A DNA stretch of 64,000 nt from Octopus bimaculoides (Eukaryota). This document shows, in pieces, positions 37,083 to 49,000 of the stretch (position 1 is the stretch's first letter; every line of letters begins with the position of its first letter). A program made the translations under genes and the position numbers. The notes beneath the pieces are model-generated. The model saw only the letters and a program-made list of their open reading frames with translations. It searched no databases and was not told the DNA's origin. The stretch lies in contig NC_068989.1 in assembly GCF_001194135.2 (NCBI RefSeq), positions 88,325,639 through 88,389,638 of the forward strand, given 5' to 3'.

Positions 37083-38086
37083 ACAGTTATGTGTGTATAT
37101 TCTTTTACTTGTTTCAGTCATATGACTGCGGTCATGCTGGAGTGCTGCCTTTAGTCAAAAAAGACAGATAGAATAAGTACCAGTCTTTCCAAAAAATAAT
37201 GATGAGTACTTGGGTCGATTCATTTGATTAAAACCTCTTCAAGGCATTGCTCCAGCATGGTCAGTGTAATGACTGCAACAAGGGAAAGATAAAAGTTAAA
37301 AACTATAAAACTTCTTACACAAGGACAGTAAGATATACAATGGAGCAAGGAAAGGAAATGAAGAAGAAAAAAAAATATTTAGTGGTCAACCAGTGGAGAT
37401 GAAGAAAGGACAGAAAGTTGGACATCATTACCTTACAGCATCTAAGTTTAATGAGAGTAAGGTCTGAATCCAGATTGAAAAGCAGATGACTTTAACATCT
37501 CCTACCCAGAATGGTTTGGTTGATGTAAGAAATACCATGCCTCTGTAATATTTTAGGCACCAAATGAAGAGATTTTCCTCTCAATGAAATAATGAAATAC
37601 TGCAATCAGCAATTAATGCAAATGTTGCTTCAACTTGAAGGAGTCACACTGAGAAGGCTTCATGATCTTCAAAACAAGCCTTTCACAGGGAGTCTCTACT
37701 TGTTCATTTGATTTGAGACAAACAGCAGACCAATCTCCTTCAAACCACACTGTACCCTTTCGAAAATGGATACATTAAATGTTGTCACTGTATCAACCCG
37801 ACTATCATATGGTGCTATACACAGCTGGTCACAAGGCGTGTCCTCACATTCTTGTAGCTTTCGAATGATACCACACTGCTGGCTGGACACGTAGGCCAAC
37901 ATTCTACCTGAATAGAACACCAGTCCATCACAGGGTGACCCATTCAAGCTTAAATGGACAGAGTGATATGAAATGAAGTACTTTACTCCAAAACACAAAG
38001 CAGTGCCAACCTAGGGATTGAAATTACGATCTTACCATTGGTAGTGCAACACCCTAATCACAAGGCCACTTGCTTTCATATTAGAC

Positions 38087-38374
38087 CAATGGTTCTCAAC
38101 TGAGATCTGTATGGCCCTAGATCAATGGTTTTCAACCAGGATCTGTATGGCCCTTGAGTCCATATAAGATTTTGTTGTTAAAATTTATCTGCAATAAATT
38201 GTTTATATTTCTGCAATACACAAAATATTTCAACAATTTTATCATACGATTCTTAACAATATTTAATTATAGAAATAATAGGATTTGTTTAAACATCAAA
38301 TGGCCATGGGGGTTCAGGAGAGTAAAACAGAAGTCTAAGGGTCCCATAGGCAAAGAAATGGTTGAGAACCACTG
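38087..38374 (+). mobile_element. hAT-type MITE with duplicated left terminus
   Basis: caatggttctcaac at 38087 and caatggttttcaac at 38123 (36-bp period); right TIR gttgagaaccactg. Confidence 0.7.
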
Positions 38375-38482
38375 CATTACTTGATGCAGTCCAATATATA
38401 TATTATGCCAGAGAAAACAATAGGATGGTCACGAATGAAATATACTTCATTCATAGATCTCTAGTCAGTGTTGATATGGGTT

Positions 38483-38699
38483 TAACCCTTTAGCATTTAA
38501 ACCGGTTGTATCCGGCCCAAATATTCAACCTGTTTTGTGTTCAAACCAGCTAAATCTGGCCTCTCCGTAATATCATTCTAAAAATAAACAATCACATCAT
38601 TGAAAACTCAAAGCTAAAAGATGATGCATGATTAATTCAAACCACTGTGAATAAATAAGCGTTACATTTGACAGAGTAATCTGAATGCTAAAGGGTTAA
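38483..38699 (+). mobile_element. Second piggyBac-type MITE family (about 215 bp)
   Basis: TIR ttaaccctttagcatt / aatgctaaagggttaa. Reverse or partial copies at about 16320-16510, 46744-46965, 50068-50295 and 57755-57890. Confidence 0.8.
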
Positions 38700-39067
38700 T
38701 ACAATAACAAACAAGTCAGTCAATGGAACCGGAAAGAACACAGATAACAAGAGCAACCAAAGATGTATTAGTGCCATAGAGCCTTGGCAAATCTCCCATT
38801 TCACAGAGAGAGCAAGAGCTGTTGCAATGAGATGAAGAAAACATCTGAGCAAAATGATTGAAGAATTCTGATTGCATTTTGATAAAACATGACAAGGAGG
38901 GGAGGGTCCTTAAATCAAGGTAAGTGTGCTGGGGTTGATTAATTCAACTGTATGGCCCACACAAAACAAATTATGTAACCTTGTGCTGATGTGAGTATTC
39001 AGTATTTAAATATTGTCCCTGTTACATTTTTCATCATTTCAGACTCAATCATTTAAGTACCACTCAC

Positions 39068-39140
39068 CTACATAGATTGGCAATACACCGGAGTCCATAG
39101 AAATGAATATTAGATTTATATTTAACTCCCAACAGAAAAC
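39068..39140 (-). CDS. TLK: Candidate upstream TLK exon (73 bp) with in-frame ATG at 39098 (MDSGVLPIYV, phase 1 out)
   Basis: Acceptor ttgttatttgtgtgtttcag| and donor GTAG|gtgagt. ATG GAC TCC GGT GTA TTG CCA ATC TAT GTA G joins CC TTC TCT ATG in frame. No homology support recalled for the peptide. Confidence 0.5.
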
Positions 39141-40173
39141 CTGAAACACACAAATAACAACAAATCTCAACAGTTACACTGTAAAAGTGAACATTGGGGT
39201 GGTGGTGTTGTTGTTGTTGTTATTGTTCAGGGTAGGGATGTGGTGGGGAAAGCAAAGGTAGAAGATGAACTAGATTAATGGTAGTAGTAGTAGTAGTGGT
39301 GGCAGAAGTAGTGATGGTGGTAGTGGTGGTAGCAATAGTAGTAGTGGTGATGGTGGATGTAGGTTTGATCAAATGGTAGTGAAGATCAGCAAGGATGATA
39401 GGGATGGAGATAAGTGGCTGTAGTGATGGTGGTGGAGGAGCAAGGGTTGGTGTTATTGATGATGGTGCAGAACAGTGAAATGGTGATGGTGGTGGATGAT
39501 AGAATAGTAATGTCATGGTGGAAGCCAAGGTGGGGGANNNNNNNNNNNNNNNNNNNNNNNNNNNNNNNNNNNNNNNNNNNNNNNNNNNNNNNNNNNNNNN
39601 NNNNNNNNNNNNNNNNNNNNNNNNNNNGTGATGGTGATGGTGGTTGGAGAAGGAGATGGACAAGAAAAGACAGCAGAAGAAAATCTGGAGAATGTTAACA
39701 TTGGTGTGAATGGAACTCTTCACCTTTCAGCTTGCTCAATGCAAAACACCAAACAAGATGGATTATAAAAGGTGTCGAGAGCTGCTAGAAAAACAACAGC
39801 CATTTCCAAGTCAGTGATCATGGCATTTCCACAAACCGTTCCAAGCAGTTTCAAAACAACAACAACAACAACAACAGCAAAGGCTACTACAACAACAACG
39901 GCATCAACGATGGAAACAGCTGCCACAATATCAAGTACAACTACAAAAACAACAACAGCTACAATAACAGCAATCGCAACAACATCAACAACAAAAAGAG
40001 CAACAACTGCAGCAACAGTAATAACATCAGCAACAAATGGCAATTTCAACACAAAAACCATTCTTAATGATAACGAGAAATGTAAATGAGATGAACAAAA
40101 AACTATTTTAATCATTATTGTCATCATCAGGATATTGTAATGGTCAGGTGAAGAACCATCAATTTGTGGGTTT

Positions 40174-40449
40174 AGTGCCGCCGAACTGGCTCCTGTGCGG
40201 GTGGCACGTAAAATACACCATTTTGAGTGTGGCCGTTGCCAGTACCACTTGACTAGCCTTCGTGCTGGTGGCACGTAAAAGCACCCACTACACTCTCGGA
40301 GTGGTTGGCATTAGGAAGGGCATCCAGCTGCAGAAACTCTGCCAAATCAGATTGGAGCCTGGTGTAGCCATCTGGTTTCACCAGTCCCCAGTCAAATCGT
40401 CCAACCCATGCTAGCATGGAAAGCAGATGTTAAATGACGACGATGATGA
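40174..40449 (+). mobile_element. SINE-E, 5'-truncated
   Basis: Reverse complement of 36815-37082, about 88-90% identical by eye. Confidence 0.82.
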
Positions 40450-41164
40450 GACGTTTTGGCACAAATCATTTTGGTGCCACCCATTTAGCGTCACTGATTC
40501 GATGCTGACTTATTTGACATGAGACATTTTAACGCTTCATTCTCTCTCTCTCTCTGTTTGTGTGGGTAAATTTCCCTTCTTTTGTATGAAGAGAGGGAAA
40601 GACATTACATCAGTTATGTCCAAATAATATCTCTTTTATGTGGATGAGAAGAGGGAAAGCATTTTCGTCAATCATGTTCAATTAATAAAGCAGAACATCA
40701 CCCCCCTCCTCTCTCTCCCTTTCTATTTGTACATGTATATTTCTGAGCAGACGTTTGCCTTCAGCTCCAAAACAGACTGACCATTCAGTCAGCCATGCCA
40801 AATGACCCGTGTCCACACAGCTGCACTCGCTTGTCTCATTCCACAAATTTGTACCTCTTCTTCAGACACTAGGACAAATTGTTTTCACTACCTTATCACT
40901 TAGATGCAAGGTAATTAAATCCTAAGTTAATCACAAGAATAACGAGTCTTTGCACAAGTGTTTCAACATGTCTTACTTTTATTTCTCACGGAAACAGAGA
41001 ATTATGACCAATGAAAATACTGGCTCTTTTGGCTCTATGAAGGAGAAGAGAAGAAAGTGAGAAAATGTCATGAAAAATGATTCCTGGGAAGTCGATGAAG
41101 ATCTATTTATTTTCATACAAAGAAGGAGTCTACACAAGAGTAGTGCAATATATTAGACCCCATA

Positions 41165-41885
41165 AAGTGGCGAGCTGGCAGAAACGTTAGCAGGCCAGGT
41201 GAAATGCTTAGCGGTATTTTGTCTGCCGTTAAGTTCTGAGTTCAAATTCCGCCGGGGTCGACTTTGCCTTTCATCCTTTCGGGGTCGATAAATTAAGTAC
41301 CAGTTACGCACTGGGGTCGATGTAATCGACTTAATCCGTTCGTCTGTTCTTGTTTGTTCCCTCTATGTTTAGCCCCTTGTGGGCAATAACGAAATAGGTA
41401 TTTTGTCTTGTCTTTACATTCTGAGTGAAGGCGCATGGCTCAGTGGTTAGAGCATCGAGCTTACGATCGTGAGGTTGTGAGTTCGATTCCCAGACTGGGC
41501 TGTGTGTTGTGTTCTTGAGCAAGACACTTTATTTCACGTTGCTCCAGTTAACTCAGAAGAAATGAGTTGCGACATCACTGCCTTTCCCTTGGATAACGTC
41601 GGTGGTGTGGAGAGGGGAAGCTGGTATGCATGGACGACTGCTGGCCTTCCATAAACAACCTTGCCCGGACTTGTGCCTTGGAAGATAACTTTCTAGGTGC
41701 AATCCCATGGTCATTCATGACCGAAGGGGGTCTCCACATTCTGAGTTCAAATTCCGCCAAGGTCGACTTTGTCTTTCATCCTTTTGGGGTCAATAAATTA
41801 AGTACCAGTTGCATACTGGGGTTGATCTAATCAACTGGCACTCTCCCTAAAAATTTCAGGCCTTGTGCCTAGAGTAGAAAAGTAT
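41165..41885 (+). mobile_element. Two SINE-B copies, the second interrupted by SINE-D
   Basis: First copy 41165-41400; second copy resumes at 41736 after the inserted element. Confidence 0.8.
41427..41735 (+). mobile_element. SINE-D full length (tRNA head, cttgagcaagacactttatttcac core) with 11-bp TSD
   Basis: A-box tggctcagtggtt, B-box gagttcgattcc; TSD acattctgagt at 41416-41426 and 41736-41746. Degenerate relatives at about 4400-4530, 12380-12500, 20400-20630, 37900-38075, 44730-44970 and 62150-62400. Confidence 0.85.
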
Positions 41886-41959
41886 ATATTAGGTCCCATG
41901 ACAAAGGTTAAGAATCAGCCCTAACTTACACTGTTTTTTTATGCTTTTATACATCAGAC

Positions 41960-42320
41960 GCAGGCATGGCTGTGTGGTAAGAAGTTTGCTTCCAAATTAC
42001 ATGCTTCCAGGTTCAGTCCTATCACGTGGCACCTTGGGCTCTACTATAGTCTCAGGCTGACCAAAGCCTTGTGAGTGGATTTCATAGATGGAAACTGAAA
42101 GAAGCCCATCATGTGTGTGTGTGTGTGTGTGTCTTTGTGTCTGTCTTTGCTCCCCACCACCACTACTTGACAATCAGTGTTGGTGTGTTTATGTCTCCAT
42201 AGCTTAACAGTTCAGCAAAAGAGATAGATGGAATAAGTACTGGGCTCCATTCATTCGGCTAAAAATTCTTCAAGGCAGTGCCCCAGTATGGCCACAGTCT
42301 AATGACTGAAACGAGTAACA
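41960..42320 (+). mobile_element. SINE-A full length
   Basis: Matches the SINE-A consensus. Further plus copies at about 1227-1475, 16810-17030, 42920-43065 and 60060-60420. Confidence 0.8.
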
Positions 42321-43077
42321 GAAAAGATAAAAAAAAAAAAGAGAAAATAACAAGAAAAAAGCAGAATGAGCAGAAACACAGAGTTGGCCAATCAAATTAA
42401 CTGCTGACTCATATACATCCTGCAATGTGAAGACGAATGAATCATTAACAAGTGTTGTTAACATAACCCCCTTGTCAAGCTTGATTGAGCAAACAGTCTT
42501 GAACACAAAAGGCCACATAAGATAATGTAACCAGGAATACACCTAAAGAAGGAATGGCCATAACTGGATTGTCATTGTTCATATGCTTCCTTAATCAAGA
42601 TTGATTAACAATCAACAATTACTCTTTCCTTTCTACTCTAGGCACAAGGCCTGAAATTTTGGGAGAGGTGGGGGGCAGTCGATTAGATCGATCCCAGTAC
42701 ACAACTGGTACTTAATTTATCAACCCCCGAAAGGATGAAAGGCAAAGTCGACCTTGGCAGAATTTGAACTCGGAATGTAAAGACACGTGAAATACCTCTG
42801 AGCATTTTGCCCGGCATGGTAACGTTTCTGCCAGCTCGCCGCCTTAACTATTGCTATTCTTTACTGGATAAATCAAATATTGTTGTCAAAACATAGATAT
42901 TATTCATGATGGGTGTAGGAATGGCTGTATGGTTAAAGTTTGCTTCTTAATTACATGGTTTTGGGTTCAATCCCACTGAGTCCCACCTCGGGCAAGTGTC
43001 TTCTGCAATAGCCCTGGGTTGACCAATGTCTTGTGAATGCATTTGGGAAATGGAAACTGAAAGAATCCTACCACAAT

Positions 43078-43465
43078 TAGGATCAACTTCCCAAGAACAT
43101 GCCATATGGTGAACTCTCCTCAGGTCACCAAGGTAGATGAGCACCAAAGAAGAAATACAAGGACCCCTTAAAGAAATCCTTCAGCACCTGCCACATTGTT
43201 CACCACCAGTAGCCTGTTCTTGCCATTAACCATGAAGCATGGTGTCTTCCAGGTAATAGTCTACCTTACACACAACCACAGGATTATCCTGGCAGACAAG
43301 AGAGAAAATGGAAAAAGGACACTACAACCAGCGCTGATCGGCCTAGCTTTCTGTTCAGCTTCTGCAGTCATGACTGTTTGTCCCAAACCAGACTCGTCAG
43401 GCATCAGCAAGCCCACAACAGACATGGACATCCTTCCCCATAAATCTTTGATTGGGAAGCCAAGC
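43078..43465 (+). mobile_element. RTE-clade LINE 3' fragment (decayed ORF2 C-terminus with zinc finger)
   Basis: Translates as DQLPKNMPYGELSSGHQGR*APKKKYKDPLKKSFSTCHI...CSHDCLSQTRLVRHQQAH, resembling the RTE tail RLPKxxLYGELxxGxRxRGxPKKRYKDxLK with in-frame stops. Confidence 0.8.
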
Positions 43466-43997
43466 CGACAAGATGTGTGTGTGTTTATGTATGCATATGT
43501 GTGTGTCTCCTTGTCTTGACATTGTTGTAAATGTCTGTCCCTCTCATACAAGCAGTGTCAGTAATTTCCAATATTCTGTGTAAATATACCTGGCCATGGG
43601 AACATATTACCTTTCTTAGAAACAGGTGAGGGTTGAAATTAGGAATGGTGTCTGTCCATAGAGGAATCTGCTTCAATATACTTCATTTGGTCCATGCAAG
43701 TATGGAAAAGTGTCCATTAAAATAATGATAATAGTAATGGGTGAAGGTTAATGATCCTAACAGCAGCTGAACTAAGATGTCTTTATTGTCATCATCAATC
43801 ATCATCATCTGTAATTGTCCAGATCGGCTCAAAGGACAAGTAAAAATATGAAAAGTTACCGTTGTTTATGTCAGTTACCTGCCTACCTTCAGCCTGTGCC
43901 AGTCACATATTCCCAACACATGGTTCTATTTGCACCTAATGATATTAATGGGCACCCTATGGCAGGGAGGGATTTATTTCCTATCTGTTTAACACCA

Positions 43998-44393
43998 GTG
44001 GAGGCATAATGGCCCAGTGGTTAGGGCAGCGGACTCGCGGTCATAGGATCGCGGTTTCAATTCCCAGACCGGGTGTTGTGAGTGTTTATTGAGCGAAAAC
44101 ACCTAAAGCTCCACGAGGCTCCGGCAAGGGATGGTGGCGAACCCTGCTGTACTCTTTCACCACAACTTTCTCTCACTCTTACTTCCTGTTTCTGTTGTGC
44201 CTGTATTTCAAAGGGTCAGCCTTGTCACACTGTGTCACGCTGAATATCCCCGAGAACTATGTAAAGGGTATACGTGTCTGTGGAGTGCTCAGCCACTTGC
44301 ACGTTAATTTCACGAGCAGGCTGTTCCGTTGATCAGATCAACTGGAACCCTTGACGTCATAAGCGACGGAGTGCCAATGAACGAACGATTGAA
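43998..44393 (+). mobile_element. SINE-C full length (resembles octopus OK tRNA-derived SINE) with 12-bp TSD
   Basis: A-box tggcccagtggtt, B-box ggtttcaattcc; TSD tgtttaacacca at 43986-43997 and 44394-44405; near-identical copies elsewhere in the window. Confidence 0.88.
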
Positions 44394-45592
44394 TGTTTAA
44401 CACCATGAAATGAAATCTGGCCTATAAATACTAGGAAAGGACATATATATACATACAGGTACCTAATGCATTTTGTATAATTCTTAGTTCAGACTACAGA
44501 ATATTTTCTGTTTTAATCTTAATAATATGTAACATTCACCTACAATACTTCTTATATTATTCACTCTCTCCCAGTAACCCTAAACACATTTGAAACACTC
44601 ATCAATTATTGTGTATTTTTGTTGCTTACAATAGTAAGCTATACCTCTCTATGACACCTATTTAATTTCAACATGGAAATTTGTATTTTTCAAGAGATTA
44701 AGGCAAAGTACTGCATCAAAGTACTGGCCTGTGAAGATGCATGACACACAGGTTCAGATGTTAGACTTGTGATTGAGGTTTTGATTCCCACACCAAGCAG
44801 GGTGTCGTATTCTTGATCAAAACACATCATTTCACGTTGCTCCAGTCTGCTTAAAAGCAGCTGGGAGTTAACCTTTCAATGGACTGGCATCTCGTTCAGT
44901 AGGATTAAGTATTACACTCTCTCAGTCACTCACATTCCATGGAAACTAAGATGGGCTCCAGCCTAATGAACCTGTACATTCATGTTAAACCCACTCATCC
45001 TACTTTTATTTACAGGCATAGAACCCATTGAACCTTGAGCTGGCAGCTGTACAAATGTAAGGCCAATCTTGATGACCTGCAAACCGACCAAATACAGTGA
45101 CCCATATGAAGTCCTCTTTAATGACCAACAGACATGTCTCCAGTTCCCCAAATACTGTAGTCTCTTCCAATAACCTACGAACATGTACTTTACTGTTCAA
45201 TACAGCAATCAATGGGTAATCCCCTTTAACGACCAATTATTGTGTCTTCAGTGACCAACAAAAGTTCTCTTTGATGGCATACAACCATTTCCAGTTGCCT
45301 AAATCCTAACAAGAAGTTCCCTTCAATACCCTACAGACATGTCTTTAGTTAACCTATTCGAGTGGTTCTCAATCTTTTCGGCTTAGTGGGATACTAGAGA
45401 TCAAATAACAAAAATTACAGGTGCACTGCACATGAGAAGTTAAAAGGATAAACAAACAATATTTTAATGTTTAAAATTCACAAAAAATATAGAAAACTAT
45501 TGCTTACCTTGTCTTACTAATCACACTTCTGTATAACAAAATAACACGGTTTTCAAGAAGCTCAAGCATTACAATGGATTTTGTTTAAATCC

Positions 45593-46062
45593 TTAACCCT
45601 TTCATGACCAACCCGGCTGAAACCGCCCCTGGCTCTGTAGTACAAATGTCTTCTTTTCATAAGTTTTGAATTAAAATCTTCCACCAAACTTTTGTCACAA
45701 TTTATGTTCCTAACACTAGCTGAATGATAACCTAGTTATTTTACTAAATTCTTTATTGTTACATTTAAAATCAATTGAAAGAAACACAGAACATCTCAAC
45801 AGAAATATGGTAACAAAAGGGTTAACAAATTATTAATTCAACCCTTTTGATACCAACCTGGCTGAAACCACCTCTGGCTCTGTAGTACAAATGTCTTGTT
45901 TTCATAAGTTTTGAATTAAAATCTTCCTCCAAACCTTAATCACAATTTATGTTCCTAACATTAGCTTAATGATAACTAAGTTATTTTACTAAATTCTTTG
46001 TTATAAAGTAATTGAAAGAAACACAGAGTATCTCAAAATGATTACAGTAACGAAAAGGTTAA
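45593..46062 (+). mobile_element. piggyBac-type MITE dimer inside a different hAT-like element (about 45360-46115)
   Basis: Same two units and spacer caaattattaat; flanks unrelated to the other two copies. Confidence 0.85.
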
Positions 46063-49000
46063 ATCATATCTTCAAAAATCCATAGAGGATCTTAGATACC
46101 GTTTGCAGCACACCATTTGAAAATCCCCACCCTGCACAGTGAGCAATGTGAGGTCAGACCCAAGAAACTATAACCGATACACTTGTTTCAGTCATTAGAC
46201 TGTGGCCATGCTGGGGCACTGCTTGGAAGCCAATTTAGTCGAATGAATCGGCCCCACCCTGTACTTATTTTAAAACCTGGTACTTACGCTATTGGTTTCT
46301 TTTGCCTAACTGCTAAGCTGTGGGGATGTAAACACACCAACACCAGTTGTCAAGCGACAATGGGGGAACAAACACAGACACAAACAAACAAGCATTCACA
46401 CACACACACACACACAACAGGCTTCTTTCAGTTTCCATCTAACAAATCCACTCACAAGGCTTTAGTCAGCCAGAGGCAATAGAAGACGGCACTTGCCCAA
46501 GGTGTCATGCAGTGGGACCGAACCCAGTCCTACTGTGATCGGGAAGCAAACTTCTTACCACGCCTGAGCCTATGTATGTTCATTTTTTTAAAATGCATTT
46601 TCCCCATAATGTTAAGATTTGGATTGAGACTTAGTGAGGCAGAATTTTACAGCCAGATACCCTTTCTATCATCAATCCTTACGTTTTGAATAAGGAATAT
46701 TTCATTCCACTTAGCTTCAAAAGCACAGATTTTTAGGACATCCTTTAACCGTTTCGCATTCAGATGACTCTGTCAAATGTAACATTTATTTTCATTGTTT
46801 GAATTAACCATGCATTATCTCAGAACCTTAAGATCTCAATGGTGTGATTGCTTTCTTTAGAATGACATTGTAGGGTAGGTGTGAGAGACCAAACTCAGCT
46901 GGTTTGAATATAAAGCAGGTAGAATATCTGGGTTGGATATGGCCAGTTTAAATGCTAAAGGGTTCATTGCTTTTGTCTTTAATTGCTAATAGAATAAATG
47001 ATGTGTAGTCTTCTAAATGTGTGATGGTTGTTATTAAGCCTCAGGTCAGCCCCGTACTACAAAGCTTTTCATTTGACCCTCATAATCCCATATTTTTCTC
47101 AGACATAGTTTATTCTTATTGTTTACAATAATAGCAAGTTGTGCCTCTCTGTGGCATCATCGTCATCATCAACATCGTTTAACATCCACCTTCCATGCTG
47201 GCATGGGTTGGATGGTTTGACAGGAGCTGGCGAAGCAGAAGACTGTACCAGACTTCTGTGACTGTTTTGTCACAGTTTTTATGGCTGGATGCCCTTCCTA
47301 ACACCAACCACCCTGCAATAACCTGGAAATGGTGCTTTTTCCAAAAAACTACAGAAGAATATTAACATAGACGCCATCAATTCTTTAACTGGTTCTTGTA
47401 GCAATGGGAAGTCAGCCCTGATTGACCTGCAAATTAACCCAGACCAATGGCCAATATGAAGTTGTCTTTAATGACTGACAAACAAGCTTTCAGTTACCCC
47501 AAAACTCTGATAACAGATGCTTCTAATTTAGGCACGAGACCAATAATTTTCTAGGAGAGGGATTTAGTTGTTACCATCAATTCTAGTACTCAAGTGGTAC
47601 TTTATTTATTGATTCCGAAATGATGAAAGGTAAAGTTAAATCCAGAAGGATTTGAACACAGACTGAAAAGAGTTGTGACTATTGGGAAAAATGTTTATTT
47701 AAGAGGTTAAGAACAAACTCTAAAAGAGAGAAGGAGACATACAGACAGACAGAGATATGCTTCTACATCATCGAGAGCAGCTCAAGCATGCCCTTCATGC
47801 AGCCTTCTTTCAGTAATCCAAAAGTGGCCTAGCACCATACATGCCAGCATGGATGGTCATGGCAATTGCATCTGCTGTAATAGTCGCACAAATGTCACCC
47901 CCACCCCAACACAGTTACTCAACATTAGGCAACAAATCACAACAGACAGGACCAGCACCAGACCTTTCCCAGCTGCAAGATGAGAAGGACTCGTAACGCA
48001 GCACTGACTCGACAAACCATCATCCTCGTCATCGTCATCATCATTCATATATTCCTCAAATAAGAGACACGAAACAATAAGAAGTAGGTCCTACCAGACT
48101 CGACCAACTAAGCACATGTAGAACAGTCATTTAGAAAGGAACAACACAAAACTGACAATATTTCACAAAACATTATAGTTATGCTGATAATGAAAATATG
48201 AAAGGTTTTTTTTTTTTTTTTTTTTTTTTTGAGAAGCAATGAAATTTAGTAAAACAGGTCTCACTCACAATCAGAGGTGTTCATTTTATTTTGGCTGGGC
48301 ACTGTGAAATTTGGGGTCTCCAGGATCTGCACATCATGTATCGGCCACTGACTGTCTTTAATTTCTAGTAGATGAGGAATTTATATATGAAGTGACAGCA
48401 GAAAAAAATTGTTCCTGAGATGACAAGAAAATTGAAAACAGAAAAGCAAATAATANNNNNNNNNNNNNNNNNNNNNNNNNNNNNNNNNNNNNNNNNNNNN
48501 NNNNNNNNNNNNNNNNNNNNNNNNNNNNNNNNNNNNNNNNNNNNNNNNNNNNNNNNNNNNNNNNNNNNNNNNNNNNNNNNNNNNNNNNNNNNNNNNNNNN
48601 NNNNNNNNNNNNNNNNNNNNNNNNNNNNNNNNNNNNNNNNNNNNNNNNNNNNNNNNNNNNNNNNNNNNNNNNNNNNNNNNNNNNNNNNNNNNNNNNNNNN
48701 NNNNNNNNNNNNNNNNNNNNNNNNNNNNNNNNNNNNNNNNNNNNNNNNNNNNNNNNNNNNNNNNNNNNNNNNNNNNNNNNNNNNNNNNNNNNNNNNNNNN
48801 NNNNNNNNNNNNNNNNNNNNNNNNNNNNNNNNNNTTTTTTTTTTTGTTTTTTTTTTTATAATTTTATTTTAAATTAAGAGAAAGAAAAAAAAAAGGCATG
48901 AAAATATTTTCTTTTGAAGGTAGATACAGGTTATTTCTTCAAATATAATAAAACCCATCATCAATGAAAGTAATTGATGGAAGATCAAAAGAACTGTACC

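Noticed and set aside
37430-37920. Possible LINE RT remnant (QSGFRP motif) or 100-aa ORF 37696-37998
   Set aside because: Only one short motif; the surrounding residues do not fit RT domains and the ORF start lies in a SINE-D relic.
43998-44075. tRNA genes at SINE heads (also 41427, 54887)
   Set aside because: A/B boxes are present but each continues into a SINE body with tail and often a TSD; no complete cloverleaf acceptor stem was seen.
45060-47520. Roughly 100-bp diverged repeat shared by 45060-45150 and 47410-47500
   Set aside because: Low identity and no termini; cannot be classified, probably an old repeat fragment.
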